DNA of 63,680 bases, the filler included, from Reticulomyxa filosa (lineage: Eukaryota > Protista > Foraminifera), in NCBI GenBank assembly GCA_000512085.1. It is 22 parts of 22 records of this genome, joined end to end, with 100 filler letters (N's around TTAATTAATTAA, not from the genome) between each part and the next. Parts side by side here need not be neighbours in the genome. Positions count along the whole stretch, not along the records: positions 36,172 to 37,720 come from ASPP01021890.1; positions 37,821 to 40,719 come from ASPP01018682.1; positions 40,820 to 44,896 come from ASPP01003822.1; positions 44,997 to 47,172 come from ASPP01028423.1; positions 47,273 to 49,968 come from ASPP01003718.1; 17 more parts are not named here. One strand, 5' to 3'. The translations under genes were made by a program, and so were the position numbers. Below the pieces are notes generated by a model that was not told where the DNA came from, did no database searches, and saw nothing but the letters and a program-made list of their open reading frames with translations. Shown one piece after another: positions 36,172 to 48,034 of the stretch (position 1 is its first letter; the number at the start of each line of letters is the position of its first letter).

Positions 36172-37720
36172 CAAAGGAGTTTGAATACAAAGGAGTTTGG
36201 ATTGAAATCAGATTCAATTAAAACAAACAAACCTAAAAGGGACGACAACAACGTTGATTTTCCACTCCCAACACTGCCAATAACTCCGACTAATTCTCCT
36301 TTTTTAATTTGTAAATACACTTGTTTCAGCATGTTTTGTTTGGAAAAGGGCGAATGTTGAAATGAGGCATTGTTCATGTCGATTACGATATCATTATCAT
36401 TATCATCATTGTTGTCATTGCCATGCTGTTTTGACAAATCATCTGCATCTCCATTTATCTCGTTGCTACCATTATCAGATTGTTCTTCCCATTGTACCAA
36501 GCATACGTGATCAGGCCGATCCATGTATTGTTGGATTCTCCCCAATGCCACCCATCCCTTTTTTTATGTGGTGTATTTCATCCTACAAAAGAGACAACAC
36601 ACATACACAGTGAGACAAAGACAAAACTTCCAAGACCACGCTCATGGAGATGGGGATCAAATTCAAAGAAAACCGAATTGCCAAAATAAATTGATAAGTG
36701 ACATACAAACGCCTAACGGTTAACGGATGACCCGCAAGAACATTAACAAGCAAAGTGACGACAATGGTAAGCAGATACGCTGTTGAAACGGTGCCCATGA
36801 TCACTGCTCGAAACCCGAACATCGATTTGAAAAAGGAAAGTTCTTGTGAACGCAATTGATTAAGTACTTGTGCCAATGGTTTTTCCCAAGCTGACATTTT
36901 CAGTACACGCACACCATTTAACATCTCCGTCAAAAACTTTACACGCGCGTCCGCCTTTGCAAATGCTTTGTGACTATTTTGCTGCAATTTCCTTCCCTTT
37001 TTTTTTATTTTATTTGTTTTAGTTGTCTTGTCATTTGCTTTCAACTAAAACAAAAACCAAACTGCTAACACTTGAAACGGAATGAGAAGAAATAACAGGG
37101 CCAAGCCAGCCAAACTGGCCCAACCAACTGTAAATACCATAAACACGACTCCAATTAAAATTGCAATTGGCGATACTGTAAATGTTATCAAATATTTACA
37201 GGCATTTGTCACACGCTCTGTATCTGCTGACATTACATTGACAATTTCACCCGTTGACAGCGACTGACGGACATGGTTGGGAATTTCTGAAAAGACACAC
37301 GTATATATTTGTGCAATACAGAAACAAATAAATATGTGGTGATGTACGTCTCAAATAACTTAGTGCTTTTCGAAAAATCAAAGCCATTAGCAAGGATCGA
37401 ACTTGAACTCCAAGCTTTTCCGAAATAACAAACATCCTCGCTAGGCAAATGAAGCGAATGAAATAACAAAAGGGGATACAAAATGCGAGCAGTAATTCGA
37501 TCCAAATATTTCTTGTCGAGCCATGTGTTGCATAAAAATAGCCGACCAGTCCCGAAAATGCAAACACACTCCCTATCGTCGAAAATGTCTGAAAGATGTA
37601 AAATGCTGCTCCACGAAGCAATGATCCTCGGAACATTTTCCATAATGTTCTAAGAACGTCCATTGTTTTTGTGTTATCTTGTTCGTTGTTCTTATCCGCA
37701 CTATTTTTTTTATTTTTTTT
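36172..37720 (-). CDS. ABCC/MRP-type ABC transporter fragment (TMD1 + NBD1 Walker A)
   Basis: LSTGEIVNVMSAD, DARVKFLTEMLNGVRVLKMSAWE, KKGELVGVIGSVGSGKSTLLSSLLG. Confidence 0.92.
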
Positions 37721-37897
37721 NNNNNNNNNNNNNNNNNNNNNNNNNNNNNNNNNNNNNNNNNNNNTTAATTAATTAANNNNNNNNNNNNNNNNNNNNNNNN
37801 NNNNNNNNNNNNNNNNNNNNTTTTTTTTTTTTTTTTTTTTTTTTGAAGTAGTTGGAAAGGGGTTTTTTTTTTTTTTTTTTTGGGGGTCATTTGATAG

Positions 37898-38170
37898 GAT
37901 AAAATGTTGAATGAATTTTTGGAGAAACATTACACGGATGAGTTGACAATTGACGCGGCGGTGAAGTTGGCGGTTCGAGCACTGTTGGAAGTGGTTGAAC
38001 ACGGTGCCAAAAACATTGATGTCGGCATTTTGGAAAGGAAAAAAACTCTGTCCAAGTTGCAAGAGACGGATATCGAAAAAATTGTTGAAGAAATCAAAAA
38101 AGAAGAAGAGTTGGAAGATGGAAATAAAGATAAAGAAAAAGAAAAAGGCAAAGAAAAAGACAAGGATTGA
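37898..38170 (+). CDS. PSMA7: 20S proteasome alpha subunit (alpha-4/PSMA7/Pre6 type), last exon
   Basis: EFLEKHY...VKLAVRALLEVVEHGAKNIDVGIL..IEKIVEEIKKEEE. Confidence 0.85.
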   Translation, partial: DKMLNEFLEKHYTDELTIDAAVKLAVRALLEVVEHGAKNIDVGILERKKTLSKLQETDIEKIVEEIKKEEELEDGNKDKEKEKGKEKDKD

Positions 38171-38610
38171 TCATTGCTGCATTTTTTTTTTTTTACACGT
38201 CCAAACATAAAAAAAATCTTTGCAATATTCCCAATCCCTTTTCAATTTCAACCATGCTTCAATTGGATTTTTTTAACCTTTGCAAAAAATTAAACTTGCA
38301 ATCATACAAAACGAAAAAAAAAGTATCTTTTTGAACAAGAACATTGATCGGTGCATAAATTTTGTTGATCGATTCTTTTGAGCATTGCAAAGAAATTATT
38401 TTTTTTTATCAAGAAACGATGGGAATTGTACGGGACACAAGTATTTTTTAACATAAAATTATCGAAATTACAACTATCAAAAAAACAAACAAACAAAAAA
38501 AAAATAAAGAGCATTATGAGTGCCTTACTATTGGTCATTTCGGACTTATTAATTTTTTTGATACGTTTTTCAAATGCCTTTTAAGCAGAATATACAGGCT
38601 ATGATAAAAG

Positions 38611-39595
38611 TTATTGGTCCCATCGCTGTTGTTGTTGTTGTGAAGCAGTTTCTCCCTCTTGCCTTGCATGAATACCGGTTGATTGAACATTGACAACAAG
38701 TGGAGAGTGGCTGTGCACACTGTCTTCGCCATTGACGAACATATTATGATAGGCGGGATTAACATAGACAGAAATAATGGCACTCAACGAACTATGCCCA
38801 GCTCCAGACGAAAGGGGAGTGCCATGCAGATCGCGATTGATCGGGTATTGGACTTGAAACATAAAATGGCCAAACTCTTCGGTTTGCAATTGCACCAACA
38901 AAGCGCTTATATGCGCGATTACTTTTGGGGAATAGCGCTCTCGGATACCTCGCAGATGACAGCTCACTGCTATTCGACCGATAGTCCAAAAACATGCAAA
39001 AGCAAATATTATCACCGAACGAAACGTTGCTATCATTATTACTGTGTTGGTTCACGACAACCAAGGCAAACAAAGATTTTTTTTTTTTTTTTTTTTAATT
39101 TTAAAATTTTTTTTTTTTTTTTTTTTGATATTCGTTACCTCCGACAATTAACAACAGAAAGAAAATGGGGCAAATGCTCGAACATATCCATTCAATAACC
39201 AGTGCATGTTTGAAAAATTCTTTGCATCTCGCTCCACCACTTCTGCCACTGCCATTTTTACACGCTTGGCTTCGTGGTCTGAAACACCCTTTCTGTTTGA
39301 ATGCAACCATACATTCTCGGTGATGGAATTCATCCCACACATACCTTCTGGTGGGAACAGATAAATTGCAAACCAAAAAATTGCCAACTTATCATCATAT
39401 AAAAAAAGATCTGATGAACCAACTCCCATTCCTGTTGTTAGGTTTTTCTAGGAACACAAAAAAACTTTTAGACCAAAACTCTGTAAATTGTGATGTGGAA
39501 ACACTCTGAAAATGGGTGTATGTGACCAATGAGAGGAATACGTTGTTGTTATTGAGAAAGATTTCCTCAAAGTTTTGATTCAACTTTGTTCGCAT
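38611..39595 (-). CDS. Hypothetical multi-exon protein
   Basis: GC-richer exon blocks separated by poly-A/T introns; no recognised motif. Confidence 0.35.
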
Positions 39596-39791
39596 GGCTT
39601 GTCATTTTGTAATTAAGGTAATAAAGAAAAAAAATATTTTCTCACCTCCTTACGACAGCTGTTTCTACATGTAAATTTGAAGTACTACTGTGGAAAAACT
39701 TAAAAAAAAAAGAAAAAAAAAAAGCAAGCGAAACAAAAAGAACTTTTGTTGAAGTAAGGGCCGAAAAATTTTGCGTCAGTATTAATTGAGA

Positions 39792-40719
39792 ATGTCCTCC
39801 TCCATAGGAAATGAAGCTCCATCAGAAGCAACATTGGCTGCTCTTGTGACATTTGTAGTCGGTCCGACAGAGCAAAGGTTGTCCTTTTCGACAGGGGCGT
39901 TATGGATAACGACGCACCAGCTGCGAGCACTAATAGCAGGAGCACAAAAGAGCAGCAGCGGGCAATATGAAATCCGAGTGGCACAATATCCGGAGGAGGC
40001 ATTTGACTTGGTGATGAGTCAAATAAAAGCAGGTTTCGACATAAAGCAGTTAAGCAAGCAGTTGTCGGCCTCGAACATAGTGTACTGTTACCACATCAGC
40101 AGTGATTTGGGTTTGGAGGAGTTGTCAGCATTTATTTTGAAAAAGATTTCGCGAATGCTTCGCGCAGAATGTTGCATCGACATTATCAAGTATGCTCAAG
40201 TGTATCAACTTGATGTTAATATAACAAAACAGAGCATATATATATATATGTATATGCACATGTATACGTATATGTATATACATATGCATATATTATATAT
40301 GCATATGCATATGCATATGTATATATGTATATACATATGCATATATTATATATGCATATGCATATGCATATGTATATACATATGCACATATTATATATGC
40401 ATATGCATATGTATGTATATGTATATACATGTATATATATATATATGTACATATGCATATGTATACATATATAAGTCATTGTTGGAAATAACATGCAACG
40501 CGTTAACTCGAAAATTCAAAAAACCATCGCGAGCGATCCTCCAAGGATTGTGTGAGTTGCTAAGCAAAGAGGCGATGATAAAGCTGCTGACGAAGGACGA
40601 GTTCAATGTGAAAGAGGAATTGATTTTCGAAATGGTGGTGTATTGGGTGCAGCTGCACGCGCGCAGATCCTCGGGCCAAGCGGACGTCGACGAAAAAGGA
40701 GCGTCGGAAGAGAAGACGG
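39792..40719 (+). CDS. BTB/POZ + BACK domain protein (3' truncated; intron 40215-40475)
   Basis: [37 protein letters not shown]..; [31 protein letters not shown]. Confidence 0.8.
40234..40473. repeat. Intronic alternating purine-pyrimidine microsatellite (AT/ATGCAT)
   Basis: About 240 nt of (AT)n mixed with palindromic ATGCAT/CATATG units and near-identical ~40-nt sub-repeats. Confidence 0.9.
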
Positions 40720-41595
40720 NNNNNNNNNNNNNNNNNNNNNNNNNNNNNNNNNNNNNNNNNNNNTTAATTAATTAANNNNNNNNNNNNNNNNNNNNNNNNN
40801 NNNNNNNNNNNNNNNNNNNTTATCATCATAAGATATGTTTATGCGTTCAGTTTTCTTTGCAACATACTGTTAATACGAAGGTTTTCGCTCTTTTGAGCAA
40901 TTTAATTAAATAAAAGAAACGACGATTGACTCTTTTCTTGAGAGCAATCTCCAATAAAACAAAAGAATACTTAACAACAAAAGAGTTTTGAAGGGTTTAA
41001 CCCACTGGGGACTCCTCAAATCCTTTAAAGCTCGGCTATCTACAACAGGAACTTATTTGTCTAATTCCAAACAAAAAAATGTTTGATGTTTGTTGAATAT
41101 TTTAAAATCGTCATTCACTTGCATAATTTATGTTATATTTTTGTTTTTTCATCAATTTTTCTTTTCTATTCTCTCGGAGAAATGTTTTTCAAAAGATGAA
41201 AAGGTGTTACTTTTATTTAATAGCAATGTCGTTATTTCATCATCATCGCAAATAATACCGATGTGATGATTGGAAAATTTTTTTATTGCAAACTTCCAGT
41301 AATACGATTGGTAAACATTTTTTCAAACGCGGTTGTTCTTTGTAAGAGCTCTTTTGTCACAACAAGAAAAGTGAATCAATATCACTTATAGTGTTGCATA
41401 AAACAAATTAGTCAAGGTGTTTGGAGCAACAATGAAGTATTGCAAACAAGTTGTTTTGGTAATGTAAAATTTTTGAAAATGGTTTTATAACAGTACTACA
41501 CCATTATTCATTTAAATACATTTATTGAAGAGGATAAATTGGAACTGAAACATCGGTCTTCTGCAAAAAAAACTGTTCAAATTTTTTCTCCTTCC

Positions 41596-42093
41596 ATGAC
41601 TTCAGCATCATTGGCTAAACAATCAAAGACGACAATTTATGTCGGTGGTTTATCAGAAGAAGTAACGAGTGAAATTTTGCATGCAGCATTTTTACCATTC
41701 GGTGAGGTAGTTCATGTGCACTTGCCAATTGACGCCAGTGTGGATGCTCACAGAGGGTTCGGATTTGTTGAGTTTGAAGATGAAGATGACTGTGCCCAGG
41801 CAATAGATAACATGGATGGAAGTGAGTTGTTTGGAAGAGTGTTAAAAGTGAATTATAGTCGTAACATTGACACAACAGCTGCAACTAATGGTGGTTTTAG
41901 TAATTATAATAAACCAATCTGGCATATAAGCAGTGATGAATACATGAAATCATTGCAAGAAGAAAACTTGAAAAAAAAGATGATGGATGAAACTGAGGCT
42001 AAAAAGATATACCAAAAAGCAAAAGAAATCACTCAAAGGCCTGCTGGACCTTCTCTTCCATCTAAAACAAAGCAGGACAAATCAAAAACATAA
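41596..42093 (+). CDS. PPIE/Cyp33-type RRM protein without cyclophilin domain
   Basis: TIYVGGLSEEVTSEILHAAFLPFGE..HRGFGFVEFE..AIDNMDGSELFGRVLKVN plus KPIW motif; ends at TAA. Confidence 0.85.
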   Translation: MTSASLAKQSKTTIYVGGLSEEVTSEILHAAFLPFGEVVHVHLPIDASVDAHRGFGFVEFEDEDDCAQAIDNMDGSELFGRVLKVNYSRNIDTTAATNGGFSNYNKPIWHISSDEYMKSLQEENLKKKMMDETEAKKIYQKAKEITQRPAGPSLPSKTKQDKSKT

Positions 42094-43523
42094 CCTATTT
42101 GATTCAAACATATGGTTTACTTTTAAAATTTTTTAAAAATCTTTCAATGATTGGTGCTTGTCTTCAGCTTCCCAAATATTGACAAAATAATTATTTGCAA
42201 TGTTTTTCAACAAGTTTCTTCTTTTCAATTTGTCAAACTTCATAAAAAATATCACAGCTTGAAAAAAAGTTATTGGATAATTTTTTCATTTAGTGTTCCA
42301 ACGTTCAAATTTCAAATTTTCTCTTCAATTTTTTAATGATTTTACATTATTCTTTATGTTGGATCTCTTGCACAATCGACAAATAATATTGAATAAATTT
42401 TACACTAAAACTAAAAGTTGATTTTATATATTTTCATCTTTCATTTGGACTTTTAGTAATGTGTAATTGCAAAAAACATTATACTGACTGCAAGATACTT
42501 GTTAAAAAATATAGAAATTTGGGTAATTTCCAAACTTATGTGATTGACAAAAACAAATCCAAATGCAAAGAGGGAAAAAAAAGAAGGGCCAGATAAAAGG
42601 TAAAGGTAGTACGAAAGAGTAAAACTAAGTTCCATCATTTTTTCCCCTTCGTGACATATTTAATCAAACTATTATTATTTTGTTTTTATCGGCAGGTACT
42701 TGGAAGCAACGTTCCAAGGAGCCTTGCGATCCTTGTTACCAAAAACTTTATACTTTTTTCCTTTGATTATTCTCGTGTTTGTCTTTTGTTAATTTAACCT
42801 TTGTTTCTGTTACATTTATTTAAAAAAGTACAGCTTTTTGTGCTTATCTGTTACACATTTTTTCGTATTTTTCAACTTTAGTCAAAAAAATTCTTTGTAA
42901 TTCTAGAGAAATTTTTCTGTAATCAATTCACATAATTTTTGAAGAACAGCTGTAAAATTATGTCTAGCACTCATCACAACTTTTAATATGTCTTTTAAAA
43001 TTATGGACCCTAGGTAATGGATGAGAAAATCATTTTCGTCGAAACTATCAAAATGTTCAATTAAAATAACAAGTAAAAACAAACAAGAAAGAGAAAGATA
43101 GAATAAGAAGGAAAAAAGAAAAGATGGAATCATTGCTACATAAATATGAACATTTCCTTCATTCAAAACAAGCACCAACAGTATTGATGACATTTAAGCT
43201 ACGACAATGCACAGCAATTGGCAAACACCCCACAAACACTACCTCTCTTCAAAAAACTTTCTTTATTTTATGTAACCTCTTTTTTGGTTTTTTTCCTCAT
43301 CAAAATGAAGAAAAAGAACTGCTACAGTGAAGAGAGGAGAAATCAGGGAGAAAAAGAAGAACCAAACTCAGTTATGATTCCCAACAATCACACAAACACT
43401 AAGTAAAGAATGCATTACAAGTTCGATGCACAATAAAAACAAAACAACAACACAAAAAAAAAAAAAAATAAAAGCAAAACTTATTCGTTAAGTTTATGTA
43501 AATGATGAAGGCTAACATTATTA

Positions 43524-44856
43524 TCATTCCAAGTTAAGAGGATGAGTGAAATGATGTGGATCTTGAAATTTCAAAACTGGACTTCGGGCCAACATCCCAT
43601 GCAAACTAACAGGTCTGAGCAGAGGCGAATCTCTTGGAACAGTCGTTTGTTGCCACATCGGCTCAGCTGCGCTATCATTTCGACCAGAAGACAACACTCC
43701 CAGTGGGGACAAAAATATTACCACTACTCTTTCTTGATTGTCTGCGTTTATTTGGCCCAAAATCCATCTCTGTGAATCGATATGGTAGAGCTCTACGTAG
43801 CTACCTTTCGTCCATGACGCGCGAATTTGCTTTTTTTTTCCCCCACAAAATTAAATAATTAAATATTTGTAGAAAGTAAATTGTGTTATTTATGCAATTA
43901 AAAAAAAAAAAAAAAAAAGAATGACAAAAAACAAATAAAACAAAGACGGAACTGATTCACTAATGACAGTTGGTACGAGCGACTGGCTTTGCCAAAGCTT
44001 GTCGCTCGTATTGTTGTGTGTGATTAATTGCTTCGGTGGATACGTATTTACTGATGACTTGGTTCTTAAATCTTGTGCATATTTTTTTGTAATGTGAGCA
44101 AATGGACAAATAATCGAAATGAAGAAAATACACAAAAAAAAAAAAAAAATTCAAAGAAAGCAGACATACCCAGGATCTAAAAGAATCGCTTATTTTTGAG
44201 AAAGAGACAGTGATTGAAATCATAAATGGTATATTTAGTGGAAGAAAACGTGAAGACAGGAGAATGTGACCGAGATGGTACTTTTCGACCGCGTGTTTTT
44301 TGTCCGACGCAAGTGAAATAGCCGTGGTTCAATAACAGCTCGCAGTTGACAAAGCAGCAATGCTTGTCTTTGTGAATACAATGACCATTGTTATAGCCAG
44401 CCGTTTTCGGATTCAATTTCAAGAATTTTAGTGTGCCACTGCTATTCTTCGAAGGAGGCAAACTTTCCACGGATGGCAGTGACATTAAATTCTGCACTAG
44501 ACAACAGTCCATTTTCATGTGCTGCATATGTTCAAAGATATCCTTTCCAAAATATCCGTTATATCCTTGGACCAGACGCAGCTTTTGTCGTGCTTGAGTC
44601 TCCAGTATTGACAGTCTGCTGTGAAATGTCCGCGCCAATTCGTACGCTAATCTGCATTCCTATTGCCATTCCCGTGTTTCAAGCCCCTTTTTTTTTTTTT
44701 TTTTTTCATACGTTACATAATTTGCATGTTCACACTAGTGTTAACTTTAGGATCGCTCTCCCACATCCGAGGCGTGCTTTTTTCTTGAAGCAAAGATGTG
44801 TGTTCAGTGTCAACATCTCCCCACTCAGGTGCACGTCCATTCACTGTTTTCATTTC

Positions 44857-44860
<4 letters not shown>
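43524..44860 (-). CDS. Probable DEP-like + Tudor/Agenet-like domain protein (partial)
   Basis: YNGYFGKDIFEHM...CELLLNHGYFTCV...YTIYDF (DEP-like); SWTKGSYVELYHIDSQRWILGQI..VVVIF (Tudor-like). Confidence 0.45.
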
Positions 44861-44896
<36 letters not shown>

Positions 44897-45248
44897 NNNN
44901 NNNNNNNNNNNNNNNNNNNNNNNNNNNNNNNNNNNNNNNNTTAATTAATTAANNNNNNNNNNNNNNNNNNNNNNNNNNNNNNNNNNNNNNNNNNNNTTTC
45001 CTGTCAAAAAAAGTAATTATTCAAGCATGGTACTGAAGCGAACTTTGAGGATGCTTGTTACAAACTTTGAGTTGAGTGCAAAGAAATGAGAAAAAAAAAG
45101 AAGAAATGAATGAAAGACACATCATCCCCATTTAAAAAAAATAAATTATTTGAGGTTGCAAAAAGGTCAACTTGCACAAAAAATGAATACCTCTCTAGGA
45201 TTTTTTTTTTACTATGTAAAACAAAAAAAAATAAATCAACAGAGGTCG

Positions 45249-45512
45249 ATTTTAAATTTAAGAATGTATTAACAAATCCAAAGCTTTTGGAATTCAATCA
45301 AAAATACAAGTTTGGCTCTTTTTTTTTTAGGGTTGAGACGTATAACGTTTTGTGTGTGCGAAATTTGTGATTGAAAAAGTGGTTTACCAAGGTTTCCGCT
45401 ATTATACGTCGGTGGAAAGCTGATTAGCGGACACGATGTTGTGCATGAAATGTTCAAAAATGAGGAACTGGATGAAATCATTCAGATTGCAATAAAGGCA
45501 AAACTAGTCTGA
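45249..45512 (+). CDS. Monothiol-glutaredoxin-like domain, C-terminal exons (no CGFS motif seen)
   Basis: Spliced over an intron at ~45310-45379: VDFKFKNVLTNPKLLEFNQKYNGLPRFPLLYVGGKLISGHDVVHEMFKNEEL. Confidence 0.65.
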
Positions 45513-45959
45513 TCTTTTACAAACTGATACAATTTTTTTTTTGAAAAGAGATTCGAGCCCACAAACGGTGAATCAATGAGAAGAATTCAACGTGGCCGAG
45601 TTGCTGTCCCTCTTGATGTGGGTACATACCAAAAAACTCCTTTTTAAATTTCTTTCAAAGTATGTCTCTTACACAATTAAAAATGCTTACCATGATAATT
45701 TAGTGGTTATATTCTGGCATATTTGTACTTGAAGTTTATTTGCTATACAAAAGTTGAAGAATTGATGACAGGTAACTTTAAAAATGCAATTTAATGTCAT
45801 TAAAATATAAAGATTATTTTATCACAAAAAAAGAAAAAATAAGTTTTTTAAATTAAATTTCTGTTAGGAATCATTCACAATGTTGTTAGTTATAAAAACT
45901 TATTTAAAATCAACCAAAAAACTCGTTACATATTAATATTTATTAACAATATAACAGCC

Positions 45960-46545
45960 TTATTGATTTCCGTTGTTATTGATGTAGTATGGATTTGTTG
46001 GTTGTCCATAATAAGAAGCATATCCATAAGGCTGAGTATTTGGTTGATGTGGATAGCCATATGAAATTGTCCATATTGCGGATGAGGTTGTCCTCCATAA
46101 ACTGGGGGGGGGGCCTATTTGTAAAATCAATATTCAAAAAGATCATTTACTTTAATGTGTTGGGGTTGTTTTAGGAGACCATAACATACACAAAAGAAAA
46201 AGACATTGACCTGAATAGTACTGTGGAAGTTGCTGGCATTGTTGTTGGTCACTCTATTGCCGAGGGAGGGCATAGCTTGGTTAAATCGTGGTGCAGTCAT
46301 TGTAGGAAAGTGCACTTGGGCTGACTGAAGATTGTGATTGAAGTTGAGATAATTGAGATTGCTGTGATTGTTGTTGCGATTGGGGCTAATATTTGGATTG
46401 TGGTTGCAGCTCAGAAGAAGAAGAATTGGAAGAGGCCAAATTACCATATGCGTCAATTCCTAGCTTGGCCATATTTGTATTCAATTCTGCTAAATTGATA
46501 TCTCTTTCACTTTCACGAGCCAGACTTAATCATTTACTGTCTGTA
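45960..46545 (-). pseudogene. Q/P/Y-rich protein pseudogene
   Basis: SKY*PQSQQQSQ..TTI*PSY..PRQ*SDQQQ; the last exon GPPPVYGGQP..YGQPTNPYY is frameshifted. Confidence 0.55.
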
Positions 46546-47293
46546 TAGCATTGCCATTCATATACATACATAATGCATATGTACATATATATATATTTAT
46601 TTATTTATACAAACACCCAAAAATACAAAACAAAGAAATAACCTCATTTAAGCACCCAAATTGTACAAAATGGATACTTTATTTAATTGTTTTTGCACAA
46701 TTTTGCTGAAAAGATCGCCGATCGTGAAGAAAAGTATTTTTTGATTTATATAGTAGTAGTGAAATTATTACAGTAAGTTCAAAATATAGCTAAGCTGGCC
46801 CCGGAGAAGATTCGTTCGTGTTTGTCCAATGTGCTTAAGTATCTCTTTTTCACATTATTGGCAGAAATTGTGAATACGTAAATCGTTTTCGTGTTTCTGC
46901 CACATTATTTTTTTTAAAGTACTTGATCAGACAAAAACTTAATAAAAAAATTTTTTTTTTAGACATACTTTGCAAAATTATTTTGCAAATCGTTTTCTAT
47001 CATCAACAAAAAATATTTTTTAAGACAGTTTTTATTTTACACTAGTCCAAAAATTTAAAGCTTTTTTTTGAAGTCCGAAAAGTGCTTCTGTTGAAGAAGT
47101 ATCGTCATGGTAGCACTTTTTTTTTGAAAATTTGATCAAAAGGAAAAGATGTTGTATACGTACATCTAATCGNNNNNNNNNNNNNNNNNNNNNNNNNNNN
47201 NNNNNNNNNNNNNNNNTTAATTAATTAANNNNNNNNNNNNNNNNNNNNNNNNNNNNNNNNNNNNNNNNNNNNAATTATTGAATTGATTGTTGA

Positions 47294-47360
47294 GGGAAAT
47301 AGGGAAAAAGGGAAAATGGGAAAAAGGGAAAAAGGGAAAATGGGAAAATGAAAAAAGGGG
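47294..47360 (+). repeat. 8-bp tandem repeat GGGAAAA(A/T), about 7 copies
   Basis: gggaaatagggaaaaagggaaaatgggaaaaagggaaaaagggaaaatgggaaaatg. Confidence 0.9.
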
Positions 47361-48034
47361 CAATAATCAATTTTTTGATTTTTTTAAGTAGTCCAATCCA
47401 ATGAATGCGGAGTTTTTCGACTGAGCAGATTGCGAAGCCATTTCAGCCAAGACATACTTTTATTGACATGGAATCTCAAGCTGTATTAATGTTTGTGCCA
47501 TCTATGGCGATATCAACCCCTTACATTTTGACTAATCGTTGTCAACATACATGTTTACATCGGCATCAACATTGACATCAGCATTCAATTCAATATTCAA
47601 ATCACAACCATTATCACTATCTTTATTATAATCAACACTATCATCACAAGATTACAAATGTCGGATTACGACAAGACCATTAGCCGATAACAGTTATTAC
47701 AAGATATAATGGGATTTTATTGTAGTAAAGGTATTTGAATATTTATGTTTGTTTATTTGTAATAATTATATTTGTTTGATTTGTTCGTTTATTTGTTAAA
47801 TTTGTGCTAAAAAAAAATACAGCCGATCAATAAAATATCCAGCTTGAAAAAAACTTTTGTCTTGATGCATTTGTTGTGTGAACGAATGAAAAAAACTCGC
47901 ATATCGAAAGTCACGGGGTCCGCCCACTGAACTTTTTTGCATATTCTGATTCTACAAAAAAAGTTGTATAACTGTATTCAATAGCACACGTTTTGGAAGA
48001 ACCATTCGTGGTGCACTCAACGATTAGCAGATAA

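Noticed and set aside
41596-42093. PPIE lacking its cyclophilin domain as a novelty
   Set aside because: RRM-only PPIE-like proteins are already known outside animals.
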